DNA from: Octopus sinensis
Taxonomy: Eukaryota
Length of the DNA: 64,000 bases
NCBI RefSeq assembly: GCF_006345805.1
Contig: NC_043010.1
Coordinates: forward strand, 61,132,001-61,196,000
Direction of reading: 5' to 3'
Within the stretch, counting starts at the first letter, position 1. Every line of letters starts with the position of its first letter. This document shows, piece after piece, positions 37,435-50,455 of this stretch. The notes under the pieces were generated by a model. That model saw nothing but the letters and a program-made list of their open reading frames with translations. It ran no database searches and was not told the DNA's origin. Position numbers and translations under genes: made by a program.

Positions 37435-37661
37435 GGCGAGCTGGCAGAATCGTTAGCACGCTGGGCGAAATGCTAAGCGGTATTTCGTCTGCAGCTACGT
37501 TCTGAGTTCAAATTCTGCCGAGGTCCACTTTGTCTTTCATCCTTTTGGGGTCGATAAATAAAGTACCAGTTATGCACTGGGGTCGATATAATCGACTTAA
37601 TCCGTCTGTCTGTCCTTGTTTGTCCCCTCTATGTTTAGCCCCTTGTGGGCAGTAAAGAAAT
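37435..37661 (+). mobile_element. SINE family A, full copy
   Basis: Same head, core and tail as 17958-18182. Confidence 0.85.
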
Positions 37662-38960
37662 AAAAAATAATCAGCATTAATACATTATTATTACTTGTAT
37701 TTGCAGTGGCATTTGCCTGGGGTGGGTTGAGCTGGCTCTGACCAACGAGTTCACTCTGTCCTTCATGAATGCTGGTCACATCTGACAGTTGGCTCTAACA
37801 TTCTAGTAAAGTAATGCTTCTGCCTGTGGCCCAAAAGTCCAGCTTGCAAATTTGACAAATGCCCCATTGGGAGAGCAAATGCATTGGACAGTGCAGATGC
37901 CATGACCAAGGTTGTCATTCGTTGTTGAGGTGAGGGATTCATGCTTGGAGTTTCAGTGTGAATACAAATTCCCATTTGGGCCCCAAATCACACTTTGGGA
38001 CAGTGTGATACACAACAGCTCATCTTGCTGTCGATTGTCAACCATCTAAGAAGATTTGCTGACTGAGCCACTACCGATAATTGGAGGAGATGTGGCCTGG
38101 GTTTGAACCTGGTTGTACACATGCTCGTTAACTCCTAACAAGTGCTAGCACTCTGGGTCAGGGTAGACACCTGAGAACAATAATGGTTAAGAGGTGGTGT
38201 CACACTCCTCAAAACCCTGTAAGTTCCATATCAAGATCTCACAATCAGATGCAGTTTAAAGTCTTACCCAGGATACAGAGGTAGATCATAAGTAGCCCTT
38301 AAATACAATTATTGGAATTGTCTACCATTCCATTATTAGTAGGATCAACAAAAAAAGGGGCTCCATCCAATGAAAGATAAATATCATTTAATGTACAAAT
38401 TATTTAAATTTGAGCTACCAACAGTTTCAAGCCAGTCCAGCCATAGTGTGTATTCAATCCAGAAGGATTGCTGGGAGACACAAGGCAATGATATATAAAT
38501 CTGCTGAATTATTGTGTTTCCACAGCATGAAACTATTTGTAGCTCATATTTAGATATTGTGCATATTAAATGATATTTATTAATTACTGGAACATATGGT
38601 AAACAATAATTACCAGTAAACATAAAAGGAGACACAGACCAACATTTAGTAAATATTCGTTTCAAATTCTGGCACAAGGCCAGCAATTTCAGGGCTGGGC
38701 TAAGTTGATTACACTGACCCCAGTGTTCAACTGGTACTTGTTTTATTGACCCCGGAAGGATGAAAGGCAGGGCTGACCTCAGTGAAATCTGAACTCAGAA
38801 CCTAAAGACACATGAAATGCCGTCTAAGCATTTTGCTTGATGTGTTAGCACTTCTGCTGGTTCACTGCCTTACATTTTGTAAATATTGTTACCCCCTGTT
38901 GGGGGGAGCAGGGAACAGCGACTCGTTAATGTCTTTGTCGGCAATATTGTCATATTTACT

Positions 38961-38995
<35 letters not shown>

Positions 38996-39296
38996 TATTG
39001 ATTTGTGAGTTTGCTATATTTCAGTTTCATTGAGTGGTCACAACTGAGCTGAGATAGTTGATGCCTCTTACTTGCCATGTTGACATACTCTGGGTTAGGA
39101 TATGCCATATTGTGGCTTAAACAAATATCGTCCAACCCATGCTAGCATGGAAAGCGGATGTCAAATGATGATGATGATGATGTAATTTAGATCACTTTAA
39201 CAGTGGAATTTGTTAAGACCAAAGGTGATCTCAGGTAAGTTGGTGTGAAAATGGCTAAAGAAGAAACTAGTGGAAGGGGGTGGGGTCATTGGTAGA

Positions 39297-40302
39297 CTAA
39301 CAAAGAGACAACAAAGTGACAATACAAGTACTTACTGACATCATGTTAGAAGTAGGTAACAGCTTACTGTTGTAATTGTTGTTGTTACTGTTGTTAGCAT
39401 TTTGGTAGGATTTGGATGGGTCAGTGGCATTGAACTCTGGATGTGTGCGTTTATGGCGGCGCAGCTTGTCCGTCTGAGCGAACCTTTTGCCACAGACGTC
39501 ACAATGGAACGGCTTCTCTCCTGTGTGGATCCGTCGATGGATTTGCAAGGTGTCCTTGCGAGAGAACTTCTGGATGCAGAAATCACACTGGAACGGCTTC
39601 TCTCCGGTGTGAGATCTGCGATGGATCTGTAAATAGTCTCTATGAGCAAACTGCTTCAGGCAGATGTCACAGTGGAACTTCTTTTTGCGGTTGTGTGTTC
39701 TCTGGTGAGTGTGTAGCTTGTCTCTCTGCGCAAACTGCTTCAGACACACGTCACATTGGAATGGCTTCTCCCCTGTGTGAATTCTCCGGTGGATCTGCAG
39801 TGTGTCCCTCCGAGCAAACTTCTGGATGCAAAAGTCACACTGGAACGGTTTCTCTCCTGTGTGGGATCGTTTGTGAACGACCAGGTAATCCCTCTGAGCA
39901 AAGTACTGAAAGCACACGTCACACTGATACGGCTTCTCCCCGGTGTGGGTCCGCCTGTGAACTTGCAGCGTGTCCCTACGAGCAAACTGCTTCAGACAAA
40001 ATTCACACTGGTAGGGTCTTTCTCCAGTGTGTGTGCGTCGATGCATTTGCAAAACATATTCCTGGGCAAAATATTTACCGCAATATTCACAGTAGCTCTG
40101 TTTTAGTCCTTTAGGTGAGGTATCTTCGTCTGTTGAAGCAGTGCTGGGTTGATTATCCTTCGAGGAGTTTGACTGGTAGATGGGTTTCTCTTTTGACGGC
40201 ATTGAGGTTGACTGAGATGAAACGTGGGAGTCAGATGAATGCTTTAAGTTCTTACTTAATGACTGCGATTGTGTTTGCTGCTGTTGCTGCTGCTGTTGTT
40301 GT

Positions 40303-40336
<34 letters not shown>

Positions 40337-40772
40337 GATGCTGTTGCTGCTGCTGTTGTTGCTGTTGCTGCTGCTGCTGCTGCTGCTGTTGTTGTTGCTG
40401 CTGCTGCTGTGGTTGTTGTTGCTGTTGTTGTTCCTGTTGTTGTTGTTGTTGCTGGAGTTGAAGGCTTGAACTTTGTTTGATGTTTTCCTGGTATGACTTG
40501 TCCGAATTGACCGCAACAGCAACAGCGGTCGGCAGAGCAGTGACAAAATACGGCTGTGCCAGTTGCTTCAGGTAGACGTCTGTTGGGAAGACGGTCTCCC
40601 CGACGTGGGGCAGCCGCTGCGCACTTTGGAAGCTGTACAAATCTGGATGGTAGAACTTGCTGTCGACATGATTCAGAATTCTCTGAGATGGAACTGGAAT
40701 TGAACACATTTCATTCGGCATCCGTTTCTCAGGAACGTGGGTTCTGGCTATATGTGGTGTAGACCTCTCCAT
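39297..40772 (-). CDS. C2H2 zinc-finger protein (491 aa; 8 fingers) with an N-terminal polyQ/polyH tract, single-exon ORF
   Basis: Open ORF with 8 CxxC-12-HxxxH fingers and TGEKP linkers; Q-rich tract interrupted by 12 His (40305-40340). Confidence 0.95.
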
Positions 40773-41019
40773 GTTAGCCTAGAACATACTCTGAACAGCA
40801 TACAGTCCTTTACACGTTACTCTGAGTTTGGGAAATTTGTGACAGGGGTTTCCAATCTGGCTTCAGTGGCTGTAAGGACGTAACCAGTGGGTTCTGATGG
40901 CAATAACTGTGTTACATAGGCTTCAATTAAACTGATGCACTTGCTGTGGAAACTGCTTTAGTAGTCGGTAGAGCAACGAAGAAACAAACTTGAGTAATGT
41001 GGCCGAAGAAACTGAACAT

Positions 41020-41045
41020 CTGAAATGTATGGAAAGGAAAATGTA
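41020..41045 (-). promoter_or_regulatory. Probable 3' splice acceptor of the coding exon of the minus-strand ZNF gene
   Basis: Minus strand reads CATTTTCCTTTCCATACATTTCAG|ATG.., a pyrimidine tract plus CAG about 250 bp upstream of the start codon. Confidence 0.55.
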
Positions 41046-41592
41046 AATAATAAGAATAGTTTCAAATGTTGTCACAAGGGCAGCAATTTTGGGGGAGGGG
41101 ATGAGTTGATTACATCGACCCCCAGTGTCCAACTGGTACTTATTTTATCAACCCCAAAAGGATAAAAGGCAAAGTCAACTTCAGTGGAATTTGAACTGAG
41201 ATCAGAGTGATGGGCGAAATACCGCTAAGTATTTCGTCCAGCGTGCTAATGATTCTGCCAGCTTGCCATAATAATAATAATAATAATAATAAAAATAATG
41301 GTTTCAAATTTTGCCACTAGGGCAGCAATTTTGGGGGGAGGGGATGAGTTGATTACATCGACCCCAGTGTTCAACTGGTACTTATTTTATCGACCCTGAA
41401 AAGATGAAAGGCAAAGCTGACCTTGGCGGAATTCAAACTCAGAACATAGCGATGGGCAAAATACTAAGAATAATAATAAATACTATATGTGTTAGCGCTT
41501 CTGCCAGCTCACTGCCTTACATTTTGTAAATATTGTTACCCCCTGTTGGGGGGAGCGGGGAACAGTACTAAATAGTACTAAAGTACTAAATA

Positions 41593-41615
41593 GTAATAAT
41601 AATAATGCTAATAAT

Positions 41616-41650
<35 letters not shown>

Positions 41651-41669
41651 TAATAATAATAATAATAAA
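41593..41669. repeat. (AAT)n microsatellite
   Basis: Read directly; others at 41270, 45710 and 17215. Confidence 0.9.
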
Positions 41670-42815
41670 TGCCCTGATGCAGTACCAGGCAGTGTCTCTC
41701 GTGGCTTCTGATCTTAACTGATTGGAAGTGTTATCATGTACATTGTTTTGTCTTGGTATAAAAGATGGGCTACAGCAAATATTCTGCTCAATATCACAGA
41801 TTTGCTTGTCAGTTGTTTGACCTTAACCAGTTGAGCATGTCCCTTAGTGGCTGACGATATGTGCATCTCTGATCATGAGCAGAAGTACTGGGGGAGCATC
41901 ATAGCCGTGTGTTGAGAGGGATTCTTTGGGTTTGAATAATTCACCTCTGAAAACATGGGTGTTTTGTTCATCATCCTTAAACAAACTTCATTGAAGGACC
42001 ATTTGAGTGGCACTTATTTTATCGACCCCAAAAGGATAAAAGGCAAAGTTGACCCTGGTGGAATTTGAACTCACAAGGTAATAAACTGGAAGAACATTTT
42101 CATTCAGATCTTACATCACCTTAACTCTTTGGCTGTTCATCCCTTTACACCAAAGCCTTTTCCTTGGTGATCCCTCACCACAATTTCTTCACTCTCGTAT
42201 CAGAAGCCAGCACAATGAAATGCTTATATATAATCCTCAAGGCAAATAAACTTTCCAAAGGTATTGGACTGATTATTTTTCAACACAGATCAACACTACT
42301 GTTTTGGGGCCCAGCGTTATTTCACCTTGTGTGTTAATACTGAACCAATGAAGTGATATTTCATTGAAACGACATCATATCCCTGAGTCAAGATGTTTCT
42401 ATACACAACTGATGTTTGTAGCTCAGTGAAACAGTTTTTATAATTTTGTCAGCTCATCACTTACACACACACACACACACAGATATCACCATATGGCATC
42501 AGAGGGTCCCTAAGTAGATGCTGTTTGGTGAACTTGTTTGTGACCCCTCCACCAACCAGGAGAAACCAAGACTATGGTTTAAGGATTATATAAAGTGATC
42601 AAGGATGTCCCTAGGGTGGTTGAAGTGGTTATGTATGCTGTGCAGAGATTTGTTACACTTGTGGAAGGAGTAAAAGAGGGAGTTAGAAATATCTGGAGTC
42701 ACATCTAAGAATTTTGCCTTATGCATGTATAAACAAACATGTATAAATATATCTGCATATAAACATAAATACATCTATATAAACATATACACGTATACAT
42801 CTGTGTATATATACA

Positions 42816-42861
<46 letters not shown>

Positions 42862-42909
42862 TTAGTGTCATATCCATCAAAAATGATGGGATTTTATTTC
42901 TGTCTCCCT

Positions 42910-43830
42910 TCAATAATTCATCTTTCTTGGGGGCAAAGTGATCCTGAAGGGCTTAGAAGAGCTGATCAACTTGGCCCATGTGTGCTTCAGGCTGGTAAAG
43001 CCCACATTCTTGGTACCGAAGAAAGAGTGGGTCAGCAACAAGTTCTGCCTCACAGATGGCAGCGCACACACATTGTCTATCACTGAGAAACCAGTGGAGA
43101 ATCTGGGAAAGATATTTGATTGTAATGTGAGAGATACAGCAACCATTTGAGGGATTAACTAAAAGTTGCAAACCTAGCAAACCCCAATAACTCGGCCTTA
43201 CCAAGCAAGTTCATGGCCTGCATTTAACAACATCCTTCGCTAAATTCTCTGGTTCCTTTTGGTCTGTTTATGAAGTCCCAATGGCCACAGTCAAGTGCTT
43301 TGAAGGAAAGGTCAGCAGAATTCTGCAGAAGTGGCTGGGACTGCCTTGGAGTTAGAATGCAGCATTCTGCCAGGCCATAACAAGTTAAAACTCCCCATCA
43401 GCAGCTTGAAGGAAGAATAAAAGGTGATGCATTGTGAGGAGGTGCTGCAATACTGAGGGCCCTGTGACCCGAAAGTGTCTCAGGCTAAAATTGAAGTCAG
43501 GACAGGATGTGAACATCACAGAGCCTCTCAATACCCCCAGAGAAATACATTGAGGAGATGGACGAAAAGAGGGTGAAATAGGAAGAACTGGTGGAAGTAT
43601 GCTGATAATAACAATAGGTGATGAGAAAGATATGGTTCCAGTGGTGTAGGATGCAGAGGGTTTGGTCCATACTGGGCTTGAGAGGCAGTCATGAGACAGA
43701 GGGCCCTCAAGTGTTACTAAGGACAAAATTGCTACAAGGCAGCTATGAATCAAGTGAATCACAGATGGGGTCAGGACTACCTCTTCTGACTTGTTAGCAA
43801 TGACACTAGACAGACGTTGAAAGTGCTAGA
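42910..43830 (+). mobile_element. Decayed RLE-type LINE fragment (HERO/NeSL-like) downstream of the RT domain
   Basis: SITEKPVENLGKIFDCNVRDTATI, LPSKFMACI, KWLGLPWS, KLPISSLKEE, VLQY.GPCDPKVSQAKIEVRTG across frameshifts. Confidence 0.65.
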
Positions 43831-45559
43831 CAGTACTGGGGGTGCAAACACAAAGACACACACACACACACATATATAGATATACACACACACACACATA
43901 CAATGGGCTTCTTTCAGTTTCCATCTACCAAAGATTCAGGTTAGCCTGGGACTATAGTAGAAGGTACCATTCATTGGGGATGAACTTAGAACCATGTGGT
44001 TGGGAAGCAAGCTTCTTATTCTATCAGTTTCTCTGGCTGAACTGCTAAGTCACAAAGACCACCAGTTGCCAAGTGGTAGCAGGGGCAAACACAGATACAC
44101 AAGCATACATGTGATGGGCTTCTTTCAGTTTTTGTCTACCACATCCACTCACAAGGCTTTGATTGGTCTGAGGCTATAGTAGAAAGACATTTGCCTAAGG
44201 TGCCACACAGTGGGACTGAACCTGGAACCTTCTGGTTGGGAAGCAAACTTCTTACCATACACTTTTATTGGTTTCACTTTACAGGAAGTTATAAAAGTGA
44301 TCCACACATGGCTATGTGGCAAGTTGGCTTCCCAACCAAATCGTTCTAGTCCCATCGTGTTGCACTTTGGACAAGTGCCATTTACAGCCCTGGGCCGACA
44401 AAAACCTTGTGAGTTGATTTGGTAGATAGAAACTGAAGGAAACCCATGTGATATGTGTGCGTGCATCTGTCCCGTTTGACAAATGGTATTGGTATGTTTA
44501 CGTCCCCGTAACTTAGCGGTTCAGTAAAAGAGACCGATAGAATAAGTACCAGGCTTTTAAAAAAATAAGCCCTGGGTTCAATTTGTTCGACGAAAACCCT
44601 TCAAGGTGGTGCCCCAGCATGGCCACACTAAAATGACAAAAACAAGTAAAAGATAAAAGACATGTACTTCTTTTTTTTATCAACTATTATATTTTGGGAG
44701 GGCCAGTTAGCCAATAAAGACACACACTGGTTATACTTCACTTTAATTTTATTGCTTAATCAATAAATTATTGATTTGTCAAAATCTCCCTCGAACTATT
44801 GTAGTTTTTAAAAATTTTTCCCCACTCTCTAACCACACACACACACACACACACAAGCGCACTCGCGCGCGGCAACGAAGTGGGGTTATTTGAATGTCTT
44901 TTTCCTATTAACTTTTCAAACGAGCACCGTCACCATAAATCGCCGTCCTGTTTATTGGTCGTTTCAACGACGATGACAAAAATTGGGACAGTACAAAGAC
45001 TAGGTAATATTAACAGGCAATTTGTCACTTGTTACAAACAAAATCACAACTTTAATATCAACACAGAGGGAACGACAGAAACAGTTCGAGGCTGCCTTTT
45101 TGAGTGCTTGTTTGCATTCATCTATGTTTCGCCTTAGTCTTTCAACTAATGGAGTTTGTAGAGGCAGCGCCCTGACAGCTTGTGTTGGACATCTTTCTGA
45201 CCTGACGGAGCCCTTCCCTAGCTGGATCTGAACAAAGTCGGTTATAGACACGATCCAAGAAGAGGACTAGCATTTTAGGATACCAATTTTTCTATACAGA
45301 AGGGTAAAGACTTAAAATATATACACATACAGAAATGGATATACATAGGTCGATTTGGAGCAGGGGATCGACCTTTGTGTCGCTCTCCCCTGGGTCCCAC
45401 AACAGATTCGTTTGTTACATATCTACGATACGATGATCGGTCGCAAAACACATACACAAACGAATATATATATACATATATATATATCGTAATAGTAATT
45501 ATTTCTCTGAAATACCGCTATTATAGCGTTTCGCAGAGGGGTCTAACTTTACAAGGCAG

Positions 45560-45598
<39 letters not shown>

Positions 45599-45706
45599 CA
45601 TATTTGACATCTCTCAGCTACCAATGTGTGTGTAAAATACGTATATGCATACGCACATATAACCACATATGTACACATTTATTTAGACTGACATATAACC
45701 AGTTCT

Positions 45707-45740
<34 letters not shown>

Positions 45741-45887
45741 CTACATATAGATAAATAGCTCAACCCAACACACACACACACACATAAATATATACATATG
45801 TGTGTGTGCGCACACCTCAAATTTTTTACGGTTTGATTAATTAAAAACAGTTATGTATACATAACAAATTTTTAACCACACGCATTC

Positions 45888-45922
<35 letters not shown>

Positions 45923-46249
45923 CATTAATATATATATACATAGGCTAGATACATCTAGTTTGATTTATATGAGTAGTCACCATAAAATCTCCACCCTTTT
46001 TCGCTCCGATCATATATAAATATATAATCACGGTTGAAGTTGACTACGTACATTATATATACATAGCATTTGCATGTATGTAAGTGTATGCGTATATGGA
46101 TGGATGGATGAATTCAAAGAGAGAATTAGTTGTAGAAACCCGGAGTGCCAGGACTCCACATCGAGCACCACCACCGATGTCCACTCTACTGATTGTCTCC
46201 CTTCGCTTCTGGCCATAATTAGTGCAATTAACAAAGGGGAGGGGGTGTT

Positions 46250-46292
46250 TCCAACAGGAACACACACACACACATATATATACATACACATC

Positions 46293-46324
<32 letters not shown>

Positions 46325-46490
46325 TATATATATACATACACACATATACATACATACACACATATATACATACATACATACAATTATATATATATACATC
46401 AGTATAAATACACACACATATATATATATATATGTATGTGTATATATGTATATGTATGTATGTATATATATATACATACACACACGCACA
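46250..46490. repeat. Compound (TA)/(CA)/(CATA) low-complexity tract
   Basis: Read directly; source of many spurious ORFs in the track. Confidence 0.9.
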
Positions 46491-49400
46491 ATATTGTATG
46501 ATTTAGCCAAGTTCAATATGGTGAAAGAGAATTTCATGGCTTTCCCCCATCCGTCTTATTTCTTCGTTTCCTCCCAGATCTGGAACACCGTGAAAAAGAC
46601 CCGTGATGCGATAAAATAAGTGAATAAAAACGAACGAACCTCGGCTCTATGTTTGCTGGCGAGCAGCATCCATTACGGCTGTTATGTCTATATATGTGTG
46701 TGTGTGTGTGTGTGTGACGTCGCTCTACTTTCTTTGTCTTCTTTACTCTATTCGTTGTTGCCTGACGATGATGATGATGATAGTGATGATGATGATGATG
46801 ATTCTACTCCCTTTTTCATTACAGCTTCTCTTTCTCTAGCTCTCCTCACCCTTTCTCCCTCTGCCTTTACTCTCTCTCTATGTATATATATATATATAAA
46901 TATATATATATAAATATATAAAATCCCTCTCTCTCTCTAACTCTTACTCTCTTTCTTTTTTCCGCTTTCTTATGCCCTTCCCTTTATTCTTTCCGTATCA
47001 CTACCTCTGTCCCTTTCTCTATGTGTCATTCTTTTTGCACCTTTATCTATTCCCCCCTCTCTCTTTAACTATCTCCTTCTCTCGCTTTCTCCCTCCCTCT
47101 CTCTTCATGTTAACAGACAATCTGTCATACTTTCTTCACCCACCCTCTCCTTCCTCTATCATTTCTCTACCTCTTCCTCTTTACTTCCTCCTTTCCCCTC
47201 CACACTTCTCTTCCCCTCTCTCTCTAACAGTACTTCCTCCTCATCCTCTTCCCCCGGCCACCATCTCTCTTTATTCTCTCTCTCTCTCTCTTTCTCTTTC
47301 TCGGGGGCCCCCAGATTACCTCCCCTTGGCCCGATGTCCAAGACAAGGCAACCTTCTCGCAGACAGACTCACCGATTTCTTATGTTTCTGTCTCTCTCCT
47401 TCTTACACTCAAAGGTAAGTGTTACAAAGACAATAACCGACTGGAGGGAAGCAAGATAGAGCGGGAGGGAGAGATAGATGGAACATATTTCGCTCTTTCA
47501 CAATTGGACATACCACTTTCGAGATATTTACGCACATCCACACATAAATATACACACATACATACACACTCTACCTCTCTCTACACACACACATATATAT
47601 GTGTGTGTGTATACATCCATATATTACAATCACATGTGTGTGTATATGTATATATATATATATATGTGTGTGTGTGTTGTTTGTACTATTAACACATTCA
47701 CTAATTACACATGTACATCAATACGCGCACTTCCAATTAACGCTTAATTGCCCGCTATCTCGTATCTCCCTCTCTTTTATCTATATATGTATTTATATAT
47801 ATCTATCTATCTTTCTATATATTTATGTGTGTATACCCCTCCTGTATGTATGTATGTATATATATGTGTGTATATTACAAAGCTGTGTATCATTTAATAA
47901 TTCTGCTGTTTATTTACATCAATCGTCACATTTCTCCTCTGCTCTCTCTATCTTTATAATAATCATAAACTTATAAAATCAAGCTTTGGCGCTCTTAACT
48001 TTGGTCAGCAAAGACAAAAAAAAAAAAAAAGGGGAAAATATTCATTAATGGCCATGGATCTTGTAAATATATTTTTTCTCCTCCACTCTGATATATTTTT
48101 TCCTGACCACGTTTGCATTGCAACCATTTTAACGACATCTCGCACCCTCCACAAAAAAATACTGGCATCGATTTCTCTAAAAAAAAAAAAAAAACCACAT
48201 CTCTTTAAAAATATATCTTATAATGTATGTTGGCTGGGAGGGAACGAGATATAAAAAAATGTAATTTTTTTTCAGCATAAATAAATTGAATTCACGATTA
48301 TCACTACCCCGAAATAATGTGAAATTTTAGTGAATTCTGATAAATTTTTTTTTTGCCTGATCGACCGAGATTTGTATATTTAAAAAAAAACTGGAATACT
48401 AACTGAATTGGTGTGACTGTTTGAGAAGGAGGGACAGGCTGTTGTAAAAAAGGAAATGGTGTGGTTTTTTGGTTGATTCAGTAGTTTCTCTCTGTAGCTG
48501 GGGTGTGTATATATCTATCAATGAGTATATACACACCTGCATGTGTTTTTATGCGTGTGTATATATGAATGGCTTTCTTTTTTTTACTGTATTTTGTATA
48601 TGTATGTATTATATAAACAGGTTTGTGATGCGTGTGTGTGTGAGAATATATATACACATACACACACAAAGGGTTGGTGCACTGTTTTTTGTACGTTTGT
48701 CGTCTGTATATATGGGTGCGTCATGTGTACTTATACATGCATCAACCACTTGGTAAGGCACTCTTACTCAACCATACACACCTGTGTATTATACATACGT
48801 ATCACACATACACACGCATGTGTGTATAGAACCCATAGGTGTGTGTGTATATATATGTATATTATATCAGGTATCACATTTACATGATGCTGACACCTCA
48901 GTACATTATACATGCACACATCTCTGTATAGACATAGATGCACACCTATATTCACCAACTAACCAACATGTGTAGCCATACAAATGCAGTGTATAGATCT
49001 GAACACAATACTTGAATACATGCACACATCTATCTATCTATCTATATATGTATATATATACACATACATAGATATATGTATGTATATATAGATATGTATG
49101 TATATGGATGGGTGTACTTTATAAAGAATATTCTTTGTTATATACTTGTATGATTATAGTCAGGTGTGATTGTATAGATATGTATCTATGTATGTCTATA
49201 CATGTATCAATGTATATATATATACACACACATCAACACAACTTTGTATTTATATGCATAGATATCTAAATCTATTATATATATATATTCATTCATAAAT
49301 ACACCAGTGTATGTATATATCTTTGTAGATTTATGTACAGGTGTTTTAGCAGTATGTATATATTGTTACAAACCTAAATATATCTATTATACACACCTGC

Positions 49401-49999
49401 ATACACACACACAGGTTTAAGTGTGAGCTAGTTAGTAGCAGTGGTTGGCTTTATCTTTCTTCCTTGGTGCATTCTTTCCTAAAAAAATATTTCAAAAGCT
49501 GTGATGGATGTAAAAAGTATGTGTGTGATACATTCTACATAGAGTGAGATGGAGTGAGAGAGAGAGAGACAGGGTTGGCTGCCTTTGGCTGATAGAATTA
49601 TCGATAAGAATCTCAGATAGAGTGAGAAGAGAAGTAAAAAATGAAAAAAAAAAAAGCAGTTTGAGTGAAAAGATAAATCAACGAAAATCCTGAATGACAG
49701 TTGAGAAAAATGTTATCGACCTCTTCCACTGCCTGAACTGCTTCGTTTTCCTCTCAACTGACTGCCCTACTCATTTACTCCCTTCTTTTAAAACATTTAT
49801 TCTTGTTTGGTCTATTTCTTCACCTCCTAGTTCTAACCATCACCTCCACCACCACCACCTCAACTAATAACGTCTCTTCTTCTCTACCCGCTTTCTTTCT
49901 TTCTCTTTCTTTCCTTCCTGGTCGACTGTACTACTGTTTACAATATCTAATCTAGTCAGGACACTGAACTTTTTCCCACTCTGCTAGTATATATGTGTC

Positions 50000-50039
<40 letters not shown>

Positions 50040-50081
<42 letters not shown>

Positions 50082-50253
50082 ACAGTAAGTGTGATGATTA
50101 CGTATTATGTGAAGGTGGTGGTTGAGATGGCATTAAAATGTATGGATTAATGCAATGTGTATTACGTGTTTCTGTAGGCTAATTGCAAAGTTATATTCTG
50201 TATATCTGTCCTGTCGGCTGTTAACCGTGTGTAATAGTGTACACTAATACACA

Positions 50254-50293
<40 letters not shown>

Positions 50294-50412
50294 GCTGCCG
50301 GTTAATATGAAGTATTACTCAAAATTGTAATTGTACGTGGTAGCTTTTTTTTTTTTGTAGTTTTAATTAAATCACCTTAATTAAGCTGTAAAGAACTCGC
50401 GAACTTCCCTCC

Positions 50413-50455
<43 letters not shown>

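Noticed and set aside
37880-38180. Similarity to 60420-60600
   Set aside because: An old dispersed repeat with no recognisable protein motif in the frames tried; too decayed to classify.
39341-40762. Antisense and alternate-frame ORFs overlapping the ZNF genes (also 11056-12522, 62603-63637)
   Set aside because: Shadows of the repetitive finger and polyQ codon structure.
45500-45575. Minus-strand GAAAC-GCTAT-A-ATAGC-GGTA hairpin between (TA)n tracts
   Set aside because: Resembles hammerhead helix III only; no CUGANGA or helix II is present, so it is not called.
46028-48975. Numerous 60-180-aa ORFs rich in Y/I/H/T/C/V (also at 5702-6176, 13041-13361, 27507-27817, 50599-52272)
   Set aside because: Translations of (TA)n/(CA)n/(GA)n microsatellites; no coding signal.
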